Position numbers and translations under genes: made by a program | Notes under the pieces: generated by a model | What the model was told of the DNA's origin: nothing | Database searches by the model: none | The model's input: only the letters and a program-made list of their open reading frames with translations | Assembly: GCA_963846855.1 (NCBI GenBank) | Contig: CAWJXK010000004.1 | Span: forward strand, 380,307 to 444,306 | DNA: 64,000 nt | Direction of reading: 5' to 3' | DNA from: an uncultured beta proteobacterium | Lineage (GTDB): Bacteria > Pseudomonadota > Gammaproteobacteria > Burkholderiales > Casimicrobiaceae | Shown: positions 1 through 8,613 of the stretch, in pieces | Layout: every line of letters begins with the position of its first letter | Numbering within the stretch: position 1 is the first letter of the stretch

Positions 1-234
1 CTCTACCTCGCCTTCCAGAAGCTCCTGCCCGTCGTCGACGATCACTGTGCGCGCAATGACTACGCCGGCGCGCTGCTGGCGCTCGCCAGCGCGAAGCCGG
101 TGGTCGACCGCTTCTTCGACGACGTGATGGTGATGGCGGACGATCCCGCGATTCGCGCCAACCGGCTGGCGCTGCTGCGCGGCGTCGCCCAGACGATGAA
201 CCGCGTCGCCGACATCTCGAAATTGGCGTCGTGA
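1..234 (+). CDS. glyS: glycine--tRNA ligase beta subunit, C-terminal fragment (5' end lies outside the window)
   Basis: Frame 1 is open from base 1 to TGA 232-234. The tail ...[40 protein letters not shown] resembles the conserved GlyS C-terminus. It is followed by gmhB-plsC, as in many Betaproteobacteria. Confidence 0.8.
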   Translation, partial: LYLAFQKLLPVVDDHCARNDYAGALLALASAKPVVDRFFDDVMVMADDPAIRANRLALLRGVAQTMNRVADISKLAS

Positions 235-235
235 G

Positions 236-440
236 TCCGGGAGCAGGGGAAACGCGCGAGCGGCGAGCAGAGGCCCCGTGCCGGGGCCTGGCACGGGGAT
301 GCGAGCCAACGTGAGTCGCGTTTCTCGGCCGATGCAGCGACCGCAGCGCCACGGTAATGGGGCCGAGGCCGAGCCGAGCTCGGCGAGGGGATGCGACCAA
401 GACGAATCGACGCGTGAGGCCGACACGCAGGCCTTCGACT
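236..440 (+). repeat. dispersed ~205-bp intergenic repeat, copy 1
   Basis: Colinear with 43562-43765 by eye. Shared blocks: GCAGGGG(A/G)AACGCGCGAGCGGCGAGCAG(A/G)GGCCCC, a hairpin, GGGGATGCGAGC, a second hairpin, GGGGATGCG, then a GGCCGACA..CGC..CCTTC.AC tail. Confidence 0.75.
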
Positions 441-516
441 GCCTGCGCGGCAGGAGGAGGCCGAGGCATCACCGAAATTCCACCGCTATTGCGATTCCTA
501 AACGCTAGAATCCCCC

Positions 517-1098
517 ATGGTCCAATTCGCCGCCGAAGGCGTCGCCCCGACCCGCGCAGGCAAGCTGATCGTGCTCGACCGCGACGGCGTCATCAACGTC
601 GACAGCGCGCAGTTCATCAAGTCGCCCGACGAATGGCGGCCGATTCCCGGGAGCCTCGAGGCGATCTCGCGGCTCAACCACGCCGGGTTTCGCGTCGTCG
701 TTGCGACGAACCAGTCAGGGATCGGCCGGGGGCTCTTCGACATGGCGACGCTCAATGCCATCCACGAGAAGATGCACAGGGCGCTGGGACTCGCCGGAGG
801 CCGCGTGGACGCGTTGTTCTATTGCCCGCACGCCGCCGACGCGATGTGCGAATGCCGCAAACCCAAGACCGGGATGCTGGCGGAGATCGGCCAGCGCTTC
901 GGCATCGAGATGGCCGGCGTCCCCTGCATCGGCGACTCGCTGCGCGACCTCCTCGCGGCGGAAGCCGTCGGCGCCCAGCCGATGCTGGTGCTGACCGGCA
1001 AGGGCGAGAAGACGCTGCGCGACGGCAGCTTTCCCAAGAACACCGTGATCTTTCCGGACCTGGCCTTCGCCGCGTCGGCGCTCCTCGCGAGCGACTGA
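517..1098 (+). CDS. gmhB: D-glycero-beta-D-manno-heptose-1,7-bisphosphate 7-phosphatase (HAD superfamily)
   Basis: 193 aa with the HAD motif LDRDGVIN and CECRKPKTGML, which are typical of GmhB. Sits in the conserved glyS-gmhB-plsC context. Confidence 0.85.
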   Translation: MVQFAAEGVAPTRAGKLIVLDRDGVINVDSAQFIKSPDEWRPIPGSLEAISRLNHAGFRVVVATNQSGIGRGLFDMATLNAIHEKMHRALGLAGGRVDALFYCPHAADAMCECRKPKTGMLAEIGQRFGIEMAGVPCIGDSLRDLLAAEAVGAQPMLVLTGKGEKTLRDGSFPKNTVIFPDLAFAASALLASD

Positions 1099-1119
1099 CT
1101 CCGGCACCCACGCCCTCCG

Positions 1120-1845
1120 ATGTCGGCGCTGCGCTCGCTGCTGTTCCTGCTGTTCCAGACGCTGGTCACGCCGCTCTACGCGGCAGTGATGATCGTTCTG
1201 TTCTGGATTCCGCGGATCCCGATGTACCGCATCGCAGCGCACTGGTGCTGGACCAACCTGCAGGGCGCGCGCTGGATCTGCGGGATCCGCTGGCGGGCGA
1301 TCGGCCGCGAGAACATTCCGGACGGCGCGGCGAGGGCGCCGCACATCGTGCTGTCGAAGCACAGCTCGACCTGGGAGACGCTGGCGCTGACAATGTACTT
1401 TCCGCCGCTCGCCTACGTCGCCAAGAAGGAGCTCCTGTCGATCCCGTTCTTCGGGTGGGGATTCGCGCTGGCGTCTCCCATCACGATTGACCGCAAGTCC
1501 GGGCGCACCGCGATGCAGCAGATCGCCGCGCAGGGCCGCCTCCGTTTCGCGCAGGGATTCTGGATCGCCGTGTATCCGGAAGGCACGCGAATCAAGGCGG
1601 GCACGCGGGCGAAGTACAAGTCCGGCGGCGCGCGCCTCGCGATCGACCTCAACGTGCCGATCATTCCCGTCGCCCACAACGCGGGTTGGATCTGGCCGAA
1701 GGGCGTCCTCGGCAAGCGGCCCGGCATGGTCACGATCTCGTTCGGCAAGCCGATTTCGTCCGGGGGCAAGACCGCGCAGGCGCTCATCACCGAGGTCGAG
1801 ACCTGGATCGAGAACGAGGTGGACCGCCTCGGCGTTCCGGCATGA
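1120..1845 (+). CDS. plsC: 1-acyl-sn-glycerol-3-phosphate acyltransferase
   Basis: 241 aa with an N-terminal hydrophobic segment, an HSSTWE (HX4D/E-type) box and a YPEGTR box. Confidence 0.85.
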   Translation: MSALRSLLFLLFQTLVTPLYAAVMIVLFWIPRIPMYRIAAHWCWTNLQGARWICGIRWRAIGRENIPDGAARAPHIVLSKHSSTWETLALTMYFPPLAYVAKKELLSIPFFGWGFALASPITIDRKSGRTAMQQIAAQGRLRFAQGFWIAVYPEGTRIKAGTRAKYKSGGARLAIDLNVPIIPVAHNAGWIWPKGVLGKRPGMVTISFGKPISSGGKTAQALITEVETWIENEVDRLGVPA

Positions 1846-2612
1846 AGGCTTCGGAGATGCGCTCAGCCGTCCTCCGCGCCATCGGCTGGATCGACGACAA
1901 CCACGACACGGGCGGCCACCGGATCGCGCTCGGCGCGGATACCGTCGACTATCGCATCGTGCGGGCCCGCAGGCGATCGATCGGCATCCGCATCGGCGTG
2001 ACCGGCGTGACCGTCAGGGCGCCGCACGGCGCCTCGCTGCGGGCCATTGAAGCGGCACTGCGCGAGCATGGCGATTGGGTGCGGAACAAGCTCCCGCTCT
2101 GGCAATCGCGCCGCCGCGACATCGTGCCGGCGCGCTGGATTTCGGGAGCACCGATCGCCTACCGCGGGCAAACGCTCTCGCTCGACCTTGCATCCGCTCG
2201 CCGCAGGAAGATCCTGGTGGATCGCGCCACATTCTCGATCGGCCATCCGACGCCGCATGACGAGCCTTCCGTCGCCACCTACGCGAAGGCGTGGCTGCGC
2301 CGCGACGCGCTGCGCATCCTGGCGCCCGAGGTCGCCGATCTGGCGCGGCGCATCGGCGTGCGGGCGCCTCCGCTTCGCCTCTCGAGCGCGCGCCGCCGCT
2401 GGGGGAGCTGCAACGTCAGGGGCGAGATTCGCTTGAGCGCGCGGCTCATCCACGTGCCACCGGAACTGGCGCGCTACGTCGTTGCGCACGAGGTCGCGCA
2501 TCTCGTCCACTTCGATCACTCGCCCCGGTTCTGGGCGCTGGTCGCGACCGTGCACGAGCGGCATCGCGAGGCGCGGCGCGAGCTCGCGCAGTGGGCTGGG
2601 GCGCTAGCTTAG
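1842..2612 (+). CDS. YgjP-like M48-family metal-dependent hydrolase (DUF45)
   Basis: HExxH motif (AHEVAHLVH) preceded by WGSC...IRLSARLIH, typical of YgjP/DUF45. I placed the start at ATG 1842, which overlaps the plsC stop (ATGA). The longer ORF from 1686 overlaps plsC and looks spurious. Confidence 0.75.
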   Translation: MKASEMRSAVLRAIGWIDDNHDTGGHRIALGADTVDYRIVRARRRSIGIRIGVTGVTVRAPHGASLRAIEAALREHGDWVRNKLPLWQSRRRDIVPARWISGAPIAYRGQTLSLDLASARRRKILVDRATFSIGHPTPHDEPSVATYAKAWLRRDALRILAPEVADLARRIGVRAPPLRLSSARRRWGSCNVRGEIRLSARLIHVPPELARYVVAHEVAHLVHFDHSPRFWALVATVHERHREARRELAQWAGALA

Positions 2613-2622
2613 TAAGCGGGGA

Positions 2623-2967
2623 TTACGGCGCGACGAGCGGCGGAAACGTCACCGCGAGGCCGGCCTGCAGCTTCAGCTGCGCGGCCAGCGCGCCGCCGAG
2701 CTCCGCGCCGGTGCGAGTGTCGCGCCAGGCGCCATCGCGCGCCGCGAAGTGCGACCCGCCGGCGCGCGCCGCGAGCCAGATCTCGCGATTCGGCGTATGC
2801 CGGTTCACGATCAGCTTGCTCGCGTCCTCGCATTCGATCTCCAGAATGCCGTCGACGAGACTCCAGTCGAGGTCGGAGTCGGAGTCGGCGAGCGCGCGGT
2901 CGAGCGCCTCGCCGATCGCGGCCAGCGCCCGGTCCGCGGCAGCGATGAATTCAGTGTCGGTGAGCAT
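2623..2967 (-). CDS. cyaY: iron donor protein CyaY (frataxin homologue)
   Basis: 114 aa: MLTDTEFIAAADRALAAIGEAL...ILEIECEDASKLIVNRHTPNREIWLAARAGGSHF. Divergent from lptM-lysA. The 631-aa ORF that contains it is an antisense shadow of lysA. Confidence 0.85.
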   Translation of the reverse strand: MLTDTEFIAAADRALAAIGEALDRALADSDSDLDWSLVDGILEIECEDASKLIVNRHTPNREIWLAARAGGSHFAARDGAWRDTRTGAELGGALAAQLKLQAGLAVTFPPLVAP

Positions 2968-3064
2968 GGGAGTCCCGGAATTCCTGCGGACGCACCGGGT
3001 GGCGCGTTCCGCGCGCGCCGCGCCCGTGTGGTCTCGCTGCGCATTACTTGCTAGGATCCGATCG

Positions 3065-3256
3065 ATGTTACGTGATTTTCCCGTCCTTGGCCGTGCCATC
3101 GCCGCGACGCTCGCGCTGGCGCTGGCGGTGTCGGCATGCGGGATCAAGGGCCCGCTCAAGCTGCCGCCTCCCGCCGCGCCGAGCGCGCCCGCTGCCGGGG
3201 CCGAATCCCCGGCGCCCCCCGCTAGCGACGAAAGCAAGCCGGGCAAGAAGCCTTGA
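3065..3256 (+). CDS. lptM: small lipoprotein LptM (YifL family)
   Basis: 63 aa with a signal peptide and lipobox LAVSAC followed by GIKGPL, then a Pro/Ala-rich tail. Lies immediately upstream of lysA. Confidence 0.7.
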   Translation: MLRDFPVLGRAIAATLALALAVSACGIKGPLKLPPPAAPSAPAAGAESPAPPASDESKPGKKP

Positions 3257-4506
3257 GCCCGTTTCACTACGTGCGCGGCGAGCTTCACGCCGAGGACGTT
3301 CCGCTCTCGGAGATTGCGGCGCGCTTCGGCACGCCCTGCTACGTCTACTCGCGGCGCGCGATCGAGGCCGCCTACCAGGCGCTCGACCGGGCGCTCGACG
3401 GCCTGCCGCACCTCATCTGTTATGCAGTGAAGGCGAACTCGAACCTCGCGGTGCTCGACCTGCTCGCACGCCAGGGCGCCGGGTTCGACATCGTGTCGGG
3501 CGGGGAGCTCGCGCGCGTCCTCGCGGCCGGCGGCAAGCCGCAAAGCATCGTGTTCTCCGGCGTCGGCAAGACCGAGGCGGAGATGGAGGCGGCGCTCGAC
3601 GTCGGCATCCTGTGCTTCAACGTCGAATCCGCCGCCGAGCTCGCCGCGCTCGACACCGTCGCCCGGAGGATGGGACGCGTCGCGCCGGTCTCGCTGCGGG
3701 TCAATCCGGACGTCGATCCGAAGACCCATCCGTATATCGCGACCGGACTCAAGGAGAGCAAGTTCGGCGTCGCCATCGCCGATGCGCCGGCGCTCTACCG
3801 GCATGCCCACGGGCTGCCGAACCTCGCGGTGCGCGGCGTCGATTGCCACATCGGATCGCAGATCACCGACCTCACGGTGTGCATGGAGGCGGCGGAGAAG
3901 ATGTTCGCGCTGGTCGATCGGATCGAGGCCGATGGACAGGCGCTCGAGCACGTCGATCTGGGCGGAGGACTCGGGATCCGCTACCGCGACGAGGCGACGA
4001 TTCCGTTCGATGACTATGCGCGGGTGGTGCGCGCCGCGCGCGGCGCCCGCCGCCACCGCCTGTTGTTCGAGCCGGGGCGCGTCCTTGTCGCCGATGCCGG
4101 TTTGCTGTTGACGCGCGTGTGCTACCTCAAGCCGGGCGGCGCCCGTGACTTCGCGATCGTCGACGCGGCGATGAACGACCTCATCCGTCCGGCGCTGTAC
4201 GAAGCCTGGCACCCGGTCGACGCGGTGCGGCCGCGCGCCGACGCGCCGCGCCGGTGGCAGCTCGTCGGCCCTGTGTGCGAGAGCGCCGATTTTCTGGCCC
4301 ACGACCGCGAGCTCGCGCTGGCTGCCGGCGACCTTCTTGCCATCGGCGGCGCAGGCGCCTACGGGTTCGTGATGAGCTCGAATTACAACTCGCGTCCGCG
4401 TGCCTGCGAGGTCCTGGTCGACGGAAGATCGCTGCATCTCGCCCGCCGCCGCGAGACGATCGCGGAGTTGTTCGCACAGGAAAATCCGCTTCCCGGCGCG
4501 GCGTGA
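3253..4506 (+). CDS. lysA: diaminopimelate decarboxylase
   Basis: 417 aa with the YAVKANSN PLP-lysine box, the GPVCESADFL box and FGTPCYVYS near the N-terminus. The TTG start overlaps the lptM stop (TTGA). Confidence 0.92.
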   Translation: MSPFHYVRGELHAEDVPLSEIAARFGTPCYVYSRRAIEAAYQALDRALDGLPHLICYAVKANSNLAVLDLLARQGAGFDIVSGGELARVLAAGGKPQSIVFSGVGKTEAEMEAALDVGILCFNVESAAELAALDTVARRMGRVAPVSLRVNPDVDPKTHPYIATGLKESKFGVAIADAPALYRHAHGLPNLAVRGVDCHIGSQITDLTVCMEAAEKMFALVDRIEADGQALEHVDLGGGLGIRYRDEATIPFDDYARVVRAARGARRHRLLFEPGRVLVADAGLLLTRVCYLKPGGARDFAIVDAAMNDLIRPALYEAWHPVDAVRPRADAPRRWQLVGPVCESADFLAHDRELALAAGDLLAIGGAGAYGFVMSSNYNSRPRACEVLVDGRSLHLARRRETIAELFAQENPLPGAA

Positions 4507-4643
4507 TGCGCCGCGCAAAACTCAATCGCGATGTCCGTTGCACGGGTCCGCGCAATCGCGAATCGACGATGCAATTGCCGTTTTCGGCGGTGTGCGAAAT
4601 CGCAACACTCGCAAATGCAAGGCCCGGAATCGGCACGCAAATC

Positions 4644-4671
4644 TTGCATTCCGAGAAAATGTGGCTAGAAT
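4644..4671 (+). promoter_or_regulatory. candidate sigma70 promoter for the H1-like gene
   Basis: TTGCAT (4644-4649), a 16-nt spacer, then TAGAAT (4666-4671), in an AT-richer 300-bp intergenic region. Pattern match only. Confidence 0.3.
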
Positions 4672-4803
4672 TCAGGCAGCAGACCGCAATGGGTTTGTCA
4701 ATAGGCGTTCGCAGTTTCAGGTGCCGACCGGCGGATCCAAAGCAGCCTGCGACGAAGTAGAAGCACCATAACAGTCACAGCAACTCAGACAGGAGAAGAC
4801 GCA

Positions 4804-5187
4804 ATGGCTGACATTATGTCGATGATGCCCGCGGCCTCGGCCCCGGCGCCCAAGAAGGCGGCGAAGAGGAAGGCCAAACGCAAGGCGGCCAAGAAGGCGC
4901 CGAAGAAGAAGGCTGCGAAGAAGAAGGCTGCGCCGAAGAAGGCTGCAAAGCGCAAGACCGCCAAGCGCAAGCCCGCCAAGAAGGCGAAGAAGGCTGCAAA
5001 GCGCAAGCCCGCCAAGAAGGCGAAGAAGGCTGCAAAGCGCAAGCCCGCCAAGAAGGCGAAGAAGGCTGCAAAGCGCAAGCCCGCCAAGAAGGCGAAGAAG
5101 GCTGCGAAGCGCAAGCCGGCAAAGCGCGCCAAGAAGAGGGCTGCGCCGAAAAAGCGCAAGGCCGCCAAGCGCGCGAAGAAAAAATAA
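4804..5187 (+). CDS. histone H1-like Lys/Ala/Pro-rich nucleoid protein
   Basis: 127 aa, almost entirely K/A/P/R (AKKAAKRKPAKK repeats), like the H1-like proteins common in Burkholderiales and Bordetella. A good SD (caggagaag) lies upstream. Confidence 0.75.
   Translation: MADIMSMMPAASAPAPKKAAKRKAKRKAAKKAPKKKAAKKKAAPKKAAKRKTAKRKPAKKAKKAAKRKPAKKAKKAAKRKPAKKAKKAAKRKPAKKAKKAAKRKPAKRAKKRAAPKKRKAAKRAKKK
4963..5106 (+). repeat. 4 x 36-bp near-perfect in-frame tandem repeat inside the H1-like gene
   Basis: The unit aagcgcaagcccgccaagaaggcgaagaaggctgca is repeated at 4963, 4999, 5035 and 5071. The last copy ends in g, and a partial fifth copy follows. Confidence 0.9.
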
Positions 5188-5230
5188 GCCTTCCGGGGCT
5201 AAAAGTCCGCCCCAGATGTGTGGCGGACAC

Positions 5231-5270
5231 AAAACAGGCGACGCTTCATGCGTCGCCTGTTTTCTTTTGG
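5231..5270. terminator. bidirectional rho-independent terminator between the convergent H1-like gene and mltD
   Basis: Stem acaggcgacgc / gcgtcgcctgt around loop ttca. An A-run lies on the left and tttcttttg on the right. Confidence 0.75.
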
Positions 5271-5292
5271 GAGCCGCCCGGCGACCCTCTCT

Positions 5293-6843
5293 CTAGCCTC
5301 CGTGCGCAGGCGCGCTGATCGCCGTGCGCGGTGGCGCCGGCTTCAGCTTTCGTGCCGCGGCAGGGCTCGCCACGGCAGGCTTGGCGGCGGGCTTCGGCTT
5401 CGCATGCGATGCGACGACTCGCTTGCCTGCCGCACGCTTGGATTTGGCGACGTTGGGCGCGAGGTCGCTCGTGATCCGCAGCGACTGCCCCGCCTTCAGG
5501 CCATCCTGCGCGAGCCCGTTCCACCCCTTGATGTCGCGCGCGGACACGCCGTAACGGTCCGCGATCCGCGCGATCGTGTCGCCCCGCTTCACCCGGTAAT
5601 AGAAGGTGCGGCCCTGAGGCACGGTCGTGAATACCGCGCGAGTCAGCGCGTCGGAGTCGGCTTCCGTCGGATGCTCGGCCGGCACGAGCATCATATGCCC
5701 CGCGGTCACCTTGGCGCGCCGGCCGATCCCATTCACCGCCCGCAGCGACTCGACCGGCATGCCGAACTTCGCCGCGACCTGCGGCAGCGTCTCGCCGGCG
5801 CGCAACCGGTAGGCGCGCCAGGACACGAGCGGCTGGTCGGAGAGGTCGAGCTTGGCGGCGAAGAGCTCCGCCTTGTCGATCGGGAGTAGGATCGTGTATT
5901 CGTCGGCCCCGGCGATCACCGGCCGGTTGTGATGCGGATTGAGGTACCTGAACTCGTCGACCGACATTTCCGCGAGCTCCGCCGCCTTCTTGACGTCCAT
6001 CTCCCTCGACGTCTTCACGACCGCGAAATACGGCGCGTCCGGGATGTCGCCGAGATCGACGCCGAACCGGTCAGGGTCGCTCACGATGTTCTTCACCGCC
6101 TGGAGCTTGGGCAGATAATTGCGGGTCTCGTCGGGCATCGCGAGGCTCGCGTAGTCCGTCGGCCGGCCCGCCTTCTGGTTCTTCGCGATCGCCCGCGCGA
6201 CGTTGCCCTCGCCCCAGTTGTAGGCGGCGAGCGCCAGCTGCCAGTCGTCGAACTGGTCGTGGAGCTTCTGCAGATAGTTGAGCGCCCCATCGGTCGCCGC
6301 GACGACGTCGCGCCGCGAATCCATCCAGAACGTCTGCTTCATCCCGTAGAGGCTTCCCGTCGACGGCATGAATTGCCAGATGCCCGAGGCACGGCTCACG
6401 GAGACGGCCTGCGGATTGAACGCGCTCTCGACCATCGGCAGCAGCGCGATCTCGAGAGGCATGTCGCGCTTCTCGACCTGGACGACGATGTAGTAGAGGT
6501 AGCGCCGGCTGCGGTCGATCATTCGCGCGACATAGTCGGGCCGCGCCGCGTACCACTCCTCCCACTTGGCGACGTTGGGGCTTTCGACGGCGGGGATGTC
6601 GAAGCCCTTGCGGATCCGCATCCACAGATCCTCGGCGGGCGGCGGCAACGCCTCGAGCGTGGCGCTCGCGGCGGCCGGAATCGGATCGGTCGGTGCGGGC
6701 GACGCATCAACGGAAGGCGTTGGCGGAGCGGGAGGTGCGGGGACTGTGACCGGCGCGAGGGGCGGTGACGGGTCCGGTGCCGGCGTCGCGCAGGCGGCGA
6801 CAAGCGTCACCAGCGCGAGGCATGCAAGGTGGGGAAGGCGCAA
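5293..6843 (-). CDS. mltD: membrane-bound lytic murein transglycosylase D-like lipoprotein (SLT domain plus LysM repeats)
   Basis: SLT motifs ESAFNPQAVSVSRASGIWQFMP and AYNWGEGN. C-terminal LysM repeats (YRLRAGETLPQVAAKFG..., YYRVKRGDTIARIADRYG...). I placed the start at TTG 6843, which gives MRLPHLACLALVTLVAAC (a lipobox). The ATG at 6963 would add 40 non-signal residues. Start is uncertain. Confidence 0.85.
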   Translation of the reverse strand: MRLPHLACLALVTLVAACATPAPDPSPPLAPVTVPAPPAPPTPSVDASPAPTDPIPAAASATLEALPPPAEDLWMRIRKGFDIPAVESPNVAKWEEWYAARPDYVARMIDRSRRYLYYIVVQVEKRDMPLEIALLPMVESAFNPQAVSVSRASGIWQFMPSTGSLYGMKQTFWMDSRRDVVAATDGALNYLQKLHDQFDDWQLALAAYNWGEGNVARAIAKNQKAGRPTDYASLAMPDETRNYLPKLQAVKNIVSDPDRFGVDLGDIPDAPYFAVVKTSREMDVKKAAELAEMSVDEFRYLNPHHNRPVIAGADEYTILLPIDKAELFAAKLDLSDQPLVSWRAYRLRAGETLPQVAAKFGMPVESLRAVNGIGRRAKVTAGHMMLVPAEHPTEADSDALTRAVFTTVPQGRTFYYRVKRGDTIARIADRYGVSARDIKGWNGLAQDGLKAGQSLRITSDLAPNVAKSKRAAGKRVVASHAKPKPAAKPAVASPAAARKLKPAPPRTAISAPAHGG

Positions 6844-6880
6844 TTCGATCGATCGTCGGGTGGCAAAAATTGTGGCGATC

Positions 6881-7195
6881 TTAGGCGCGGGCAGGGGCAG
6901 CGTCAACCCGCGCGATCCGGCCGCTTGCCTCCGGTGCGCGCGTGCATCCGGGAATGCGCTCATGCGCGGGGCCGAAGACCGGAACCTTCGACCGGACGAG
7001 CAACTCGGTCACTCCGCCGGCGTGGTCCGGATGATGGTGCGTGGTGACGATCGCGCGGAGCGTCGGGCCCTCACGGTCGAGAAAATCGACGACCGGCCTT
7101 GCGTCGCCGCGGTCGACCACGACGGCATCATCGCCTTCGCGGAAGGGCCAGATGTAGTTGTCGGAGAACGCAGGGATGGGGATAATCGCCGTCAT
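6881..7195 (-). pseudogene. gloB: hydroxyacylglutathione hydrolase (GloB) N-terminal remnant
   Basis: 104 aa: MTAIIPIPAFSDNYIW...VTTHHHPDHAGGV...VFGPAHERIPG, then unrelated sequence and a stop 38 bp before mltD. Full-length GloB is ~250-260 aa, so the later metal-binding motifs are missing. Confidence 0.65.
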
Positions 7196-7941
7196 GAACG
7201 CATCTTCCGAGGCGCCGGCCGAGGTGTCAACGACGCTCGCGCAATGGTTCGAGACGCCGCTTGGATGCTATTACCTCGCGCGCGAGCAGGCGTGGTTCGA
7301 CCGGACCGTTGCCGACATCTTCGGTTTCAACGCCATTCAGATCGGCTTGCCGGCCTGCCCCCTCCTCGCGCAGAGCCGGATTCCGTCGCGCTGGACCGTC
7401 GATTACGACGCGCCGGCGGATCTGCTCGCGGACCCGCACTGGCTGCCGTTCCCGGAAAACGCGCTCGATCTCATCGTGCTGCCGCACGCGCTCGAATTCA
7501 GCCGCGAGCCGCATCAGCTGCTGCGTGAGGCGTGGCGCACGATTCGCCCGGAAGGGCAACTGATCATCGCCGGCTTCAACCCGTTCTCGCTGCTCGGGGC
7601 GAAGCGCTATTTCGGCCGCGGCCAGAATCCTCCGTGGACCGGCAACTTCATCGCGCTGTACCGGCTCAAGGACTGGCTGAAGCTGCTGGGCTTCGAGGTC
7701 ACCGGCGGCGCGCTCGATTGCTACGTGCCGCCGTTCGAAAGCGAGCAATGGCTCGCGCGATTCCGGCTTCTTCGAGTCGGCGGGTGACCGCTGGTGGCCG
7801 ATCGCGGGCGGCGTCTACTTCCTCCGCGCGACGAAGAAAGTCGTCGGCCTGAGGGTGATCACGCCGGCGTGGGAGCGGCGCAAGAACGGCCTCGCGCCCG
7901 CGCCGCGGCAGGTCCGCGAATGCATCGAGCGTGTCGAATGA
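7194..7941 (+). CDS. class I SAM-dependent methyltransferase (conserved partner of rnhA), reading frame broken near 7754-7760
   Basis: The N-terminal part (frame of ORF 7158..7787) ends in ...SEQWLARFRLLRVGG*. The conserved C-terminus DSGFFESAGDRWWPIAGGVYFLRATKKVVGLRVITPAWERR... continues one base later and runs to TGA 7939-7941. The ATG at 7194 overlaps the divergent gloB start (TCATGA). Confidence 0.7.
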
Positions 7942-8158
7942 GTGAGGCGCGCGAGGCCGCAGGCCGAGCGAAGGCCCGAAGGGCGCGTCGCCGAGCGATT
8001 GAGCGCGGCCGACACTCGCGGCAACAAATCGCCTCGCCCGCGCGGAGGCCGCAATGAGTGAGGCGCGCGAGGCCGCAGGCCGAGCGAAGGCCCGAAGGGC
8101 GCGTCGCCGAGCGATTGAGCGCGGCCGACACTCACGGCAACAAATCGCCTCGCCCGCG
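7937..8158. repeat. 115-bp direct tandem duplication (about 1.9 copies)
   Basis: 7937-8051 is repeated at 8052-8158 with one mismatch (ctcgcgg versus ctcacgg). It fills the methyltransferase-rnhA spacer and contains the GGCCGACA(C)(T)CGC tail motif also seen at 415-438 and 43741-43764. Confidence 0.9.
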
Positions 8159-8169
8159 AGAGTCCCGCG

Positions 8170-8613
8170 GTGAGCGCCGCCGTCGAGATCTACACGGATG
8201 GCGCGTGCAAGGGCAATCCAGGACCGGGCGGGTGGGGTGCGTTGCTGATCCATGGCCACCACCGGAAGGAGCTGTTCGGCGGCGAGCCCGCGACCACCAA
8301 CAACCGGATGGAGCTGACTGCGGTGATCCGGGCGCTGGAAAGCCTGTCGCGCCGCTGCGAGGTCAACGTTCACACCGACTCGCAATACGTGAAACACGGC
8401 ATCGAGTCGTGGATCCACAAGTGGAAGCGCAACGGCTGGAAGACGAGCGAGAAGAAGCCGGTCAAGAACGCCGAGCTGTGGCGCGAACTCGACGCGCTGG
8501 CCGCCCGGCACGAGATCCATTGGCACTGGGTCAAGGGTCACGCCGAGAACCCCGGCAACATCCGCGCCGACGAGCTCGCCAACCGAGGCGTCCCGGCGGC
8601 GTCCGGCGCCTAG
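8170..8613 (+). CDS. rnhA: ribonuclease HI
   Basis: 147 aa with [18 protein letters not shown] and [22 protein letters not shown] start. Confidence 0.92.
   Translation: MSAAVEIYTDGACKGNPGPGGWGALLIHGHHRKELFGGEPATTNNRMELTAVIRALESLSRRCEVNVHTDSQYVKHGIESWIHKWKRNGWKTSEKKPVKNAELWRELDALAARHEIHWHWVKGHAENPGNIRADELANRGVPAASGA

Noticed and set aside
2968-4518. The N-terminal ~515 codons of the 631-aa minus-strand ORF 2623..4518.
   Set aside because: This part lies antisense to lysA and lptM and has Arg/Ala/Gly-rich shadow composition typical of high-GC DNA. Only the last 114 codons (CyaY) look real.
4507-4643. Repeated CAATCGCGA / GCAAAT words downstream of lysA, considered as a regulatory array.
   Set aside because: There are only two 9-bp copies plus loose similarities. 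That is within chance expectation for a 300-bp AT-richer spacer, and there is no dyad symmetry.
7937-8158. A possible CRISPR array, also considered for 4963-5106 and 47273-47368.
   Set aside because: These are tandem repeats with no unique spacers. The units measure 115, 36 and 24 bp, and two of the three are in-frame coding repeats. No cas genes are present.
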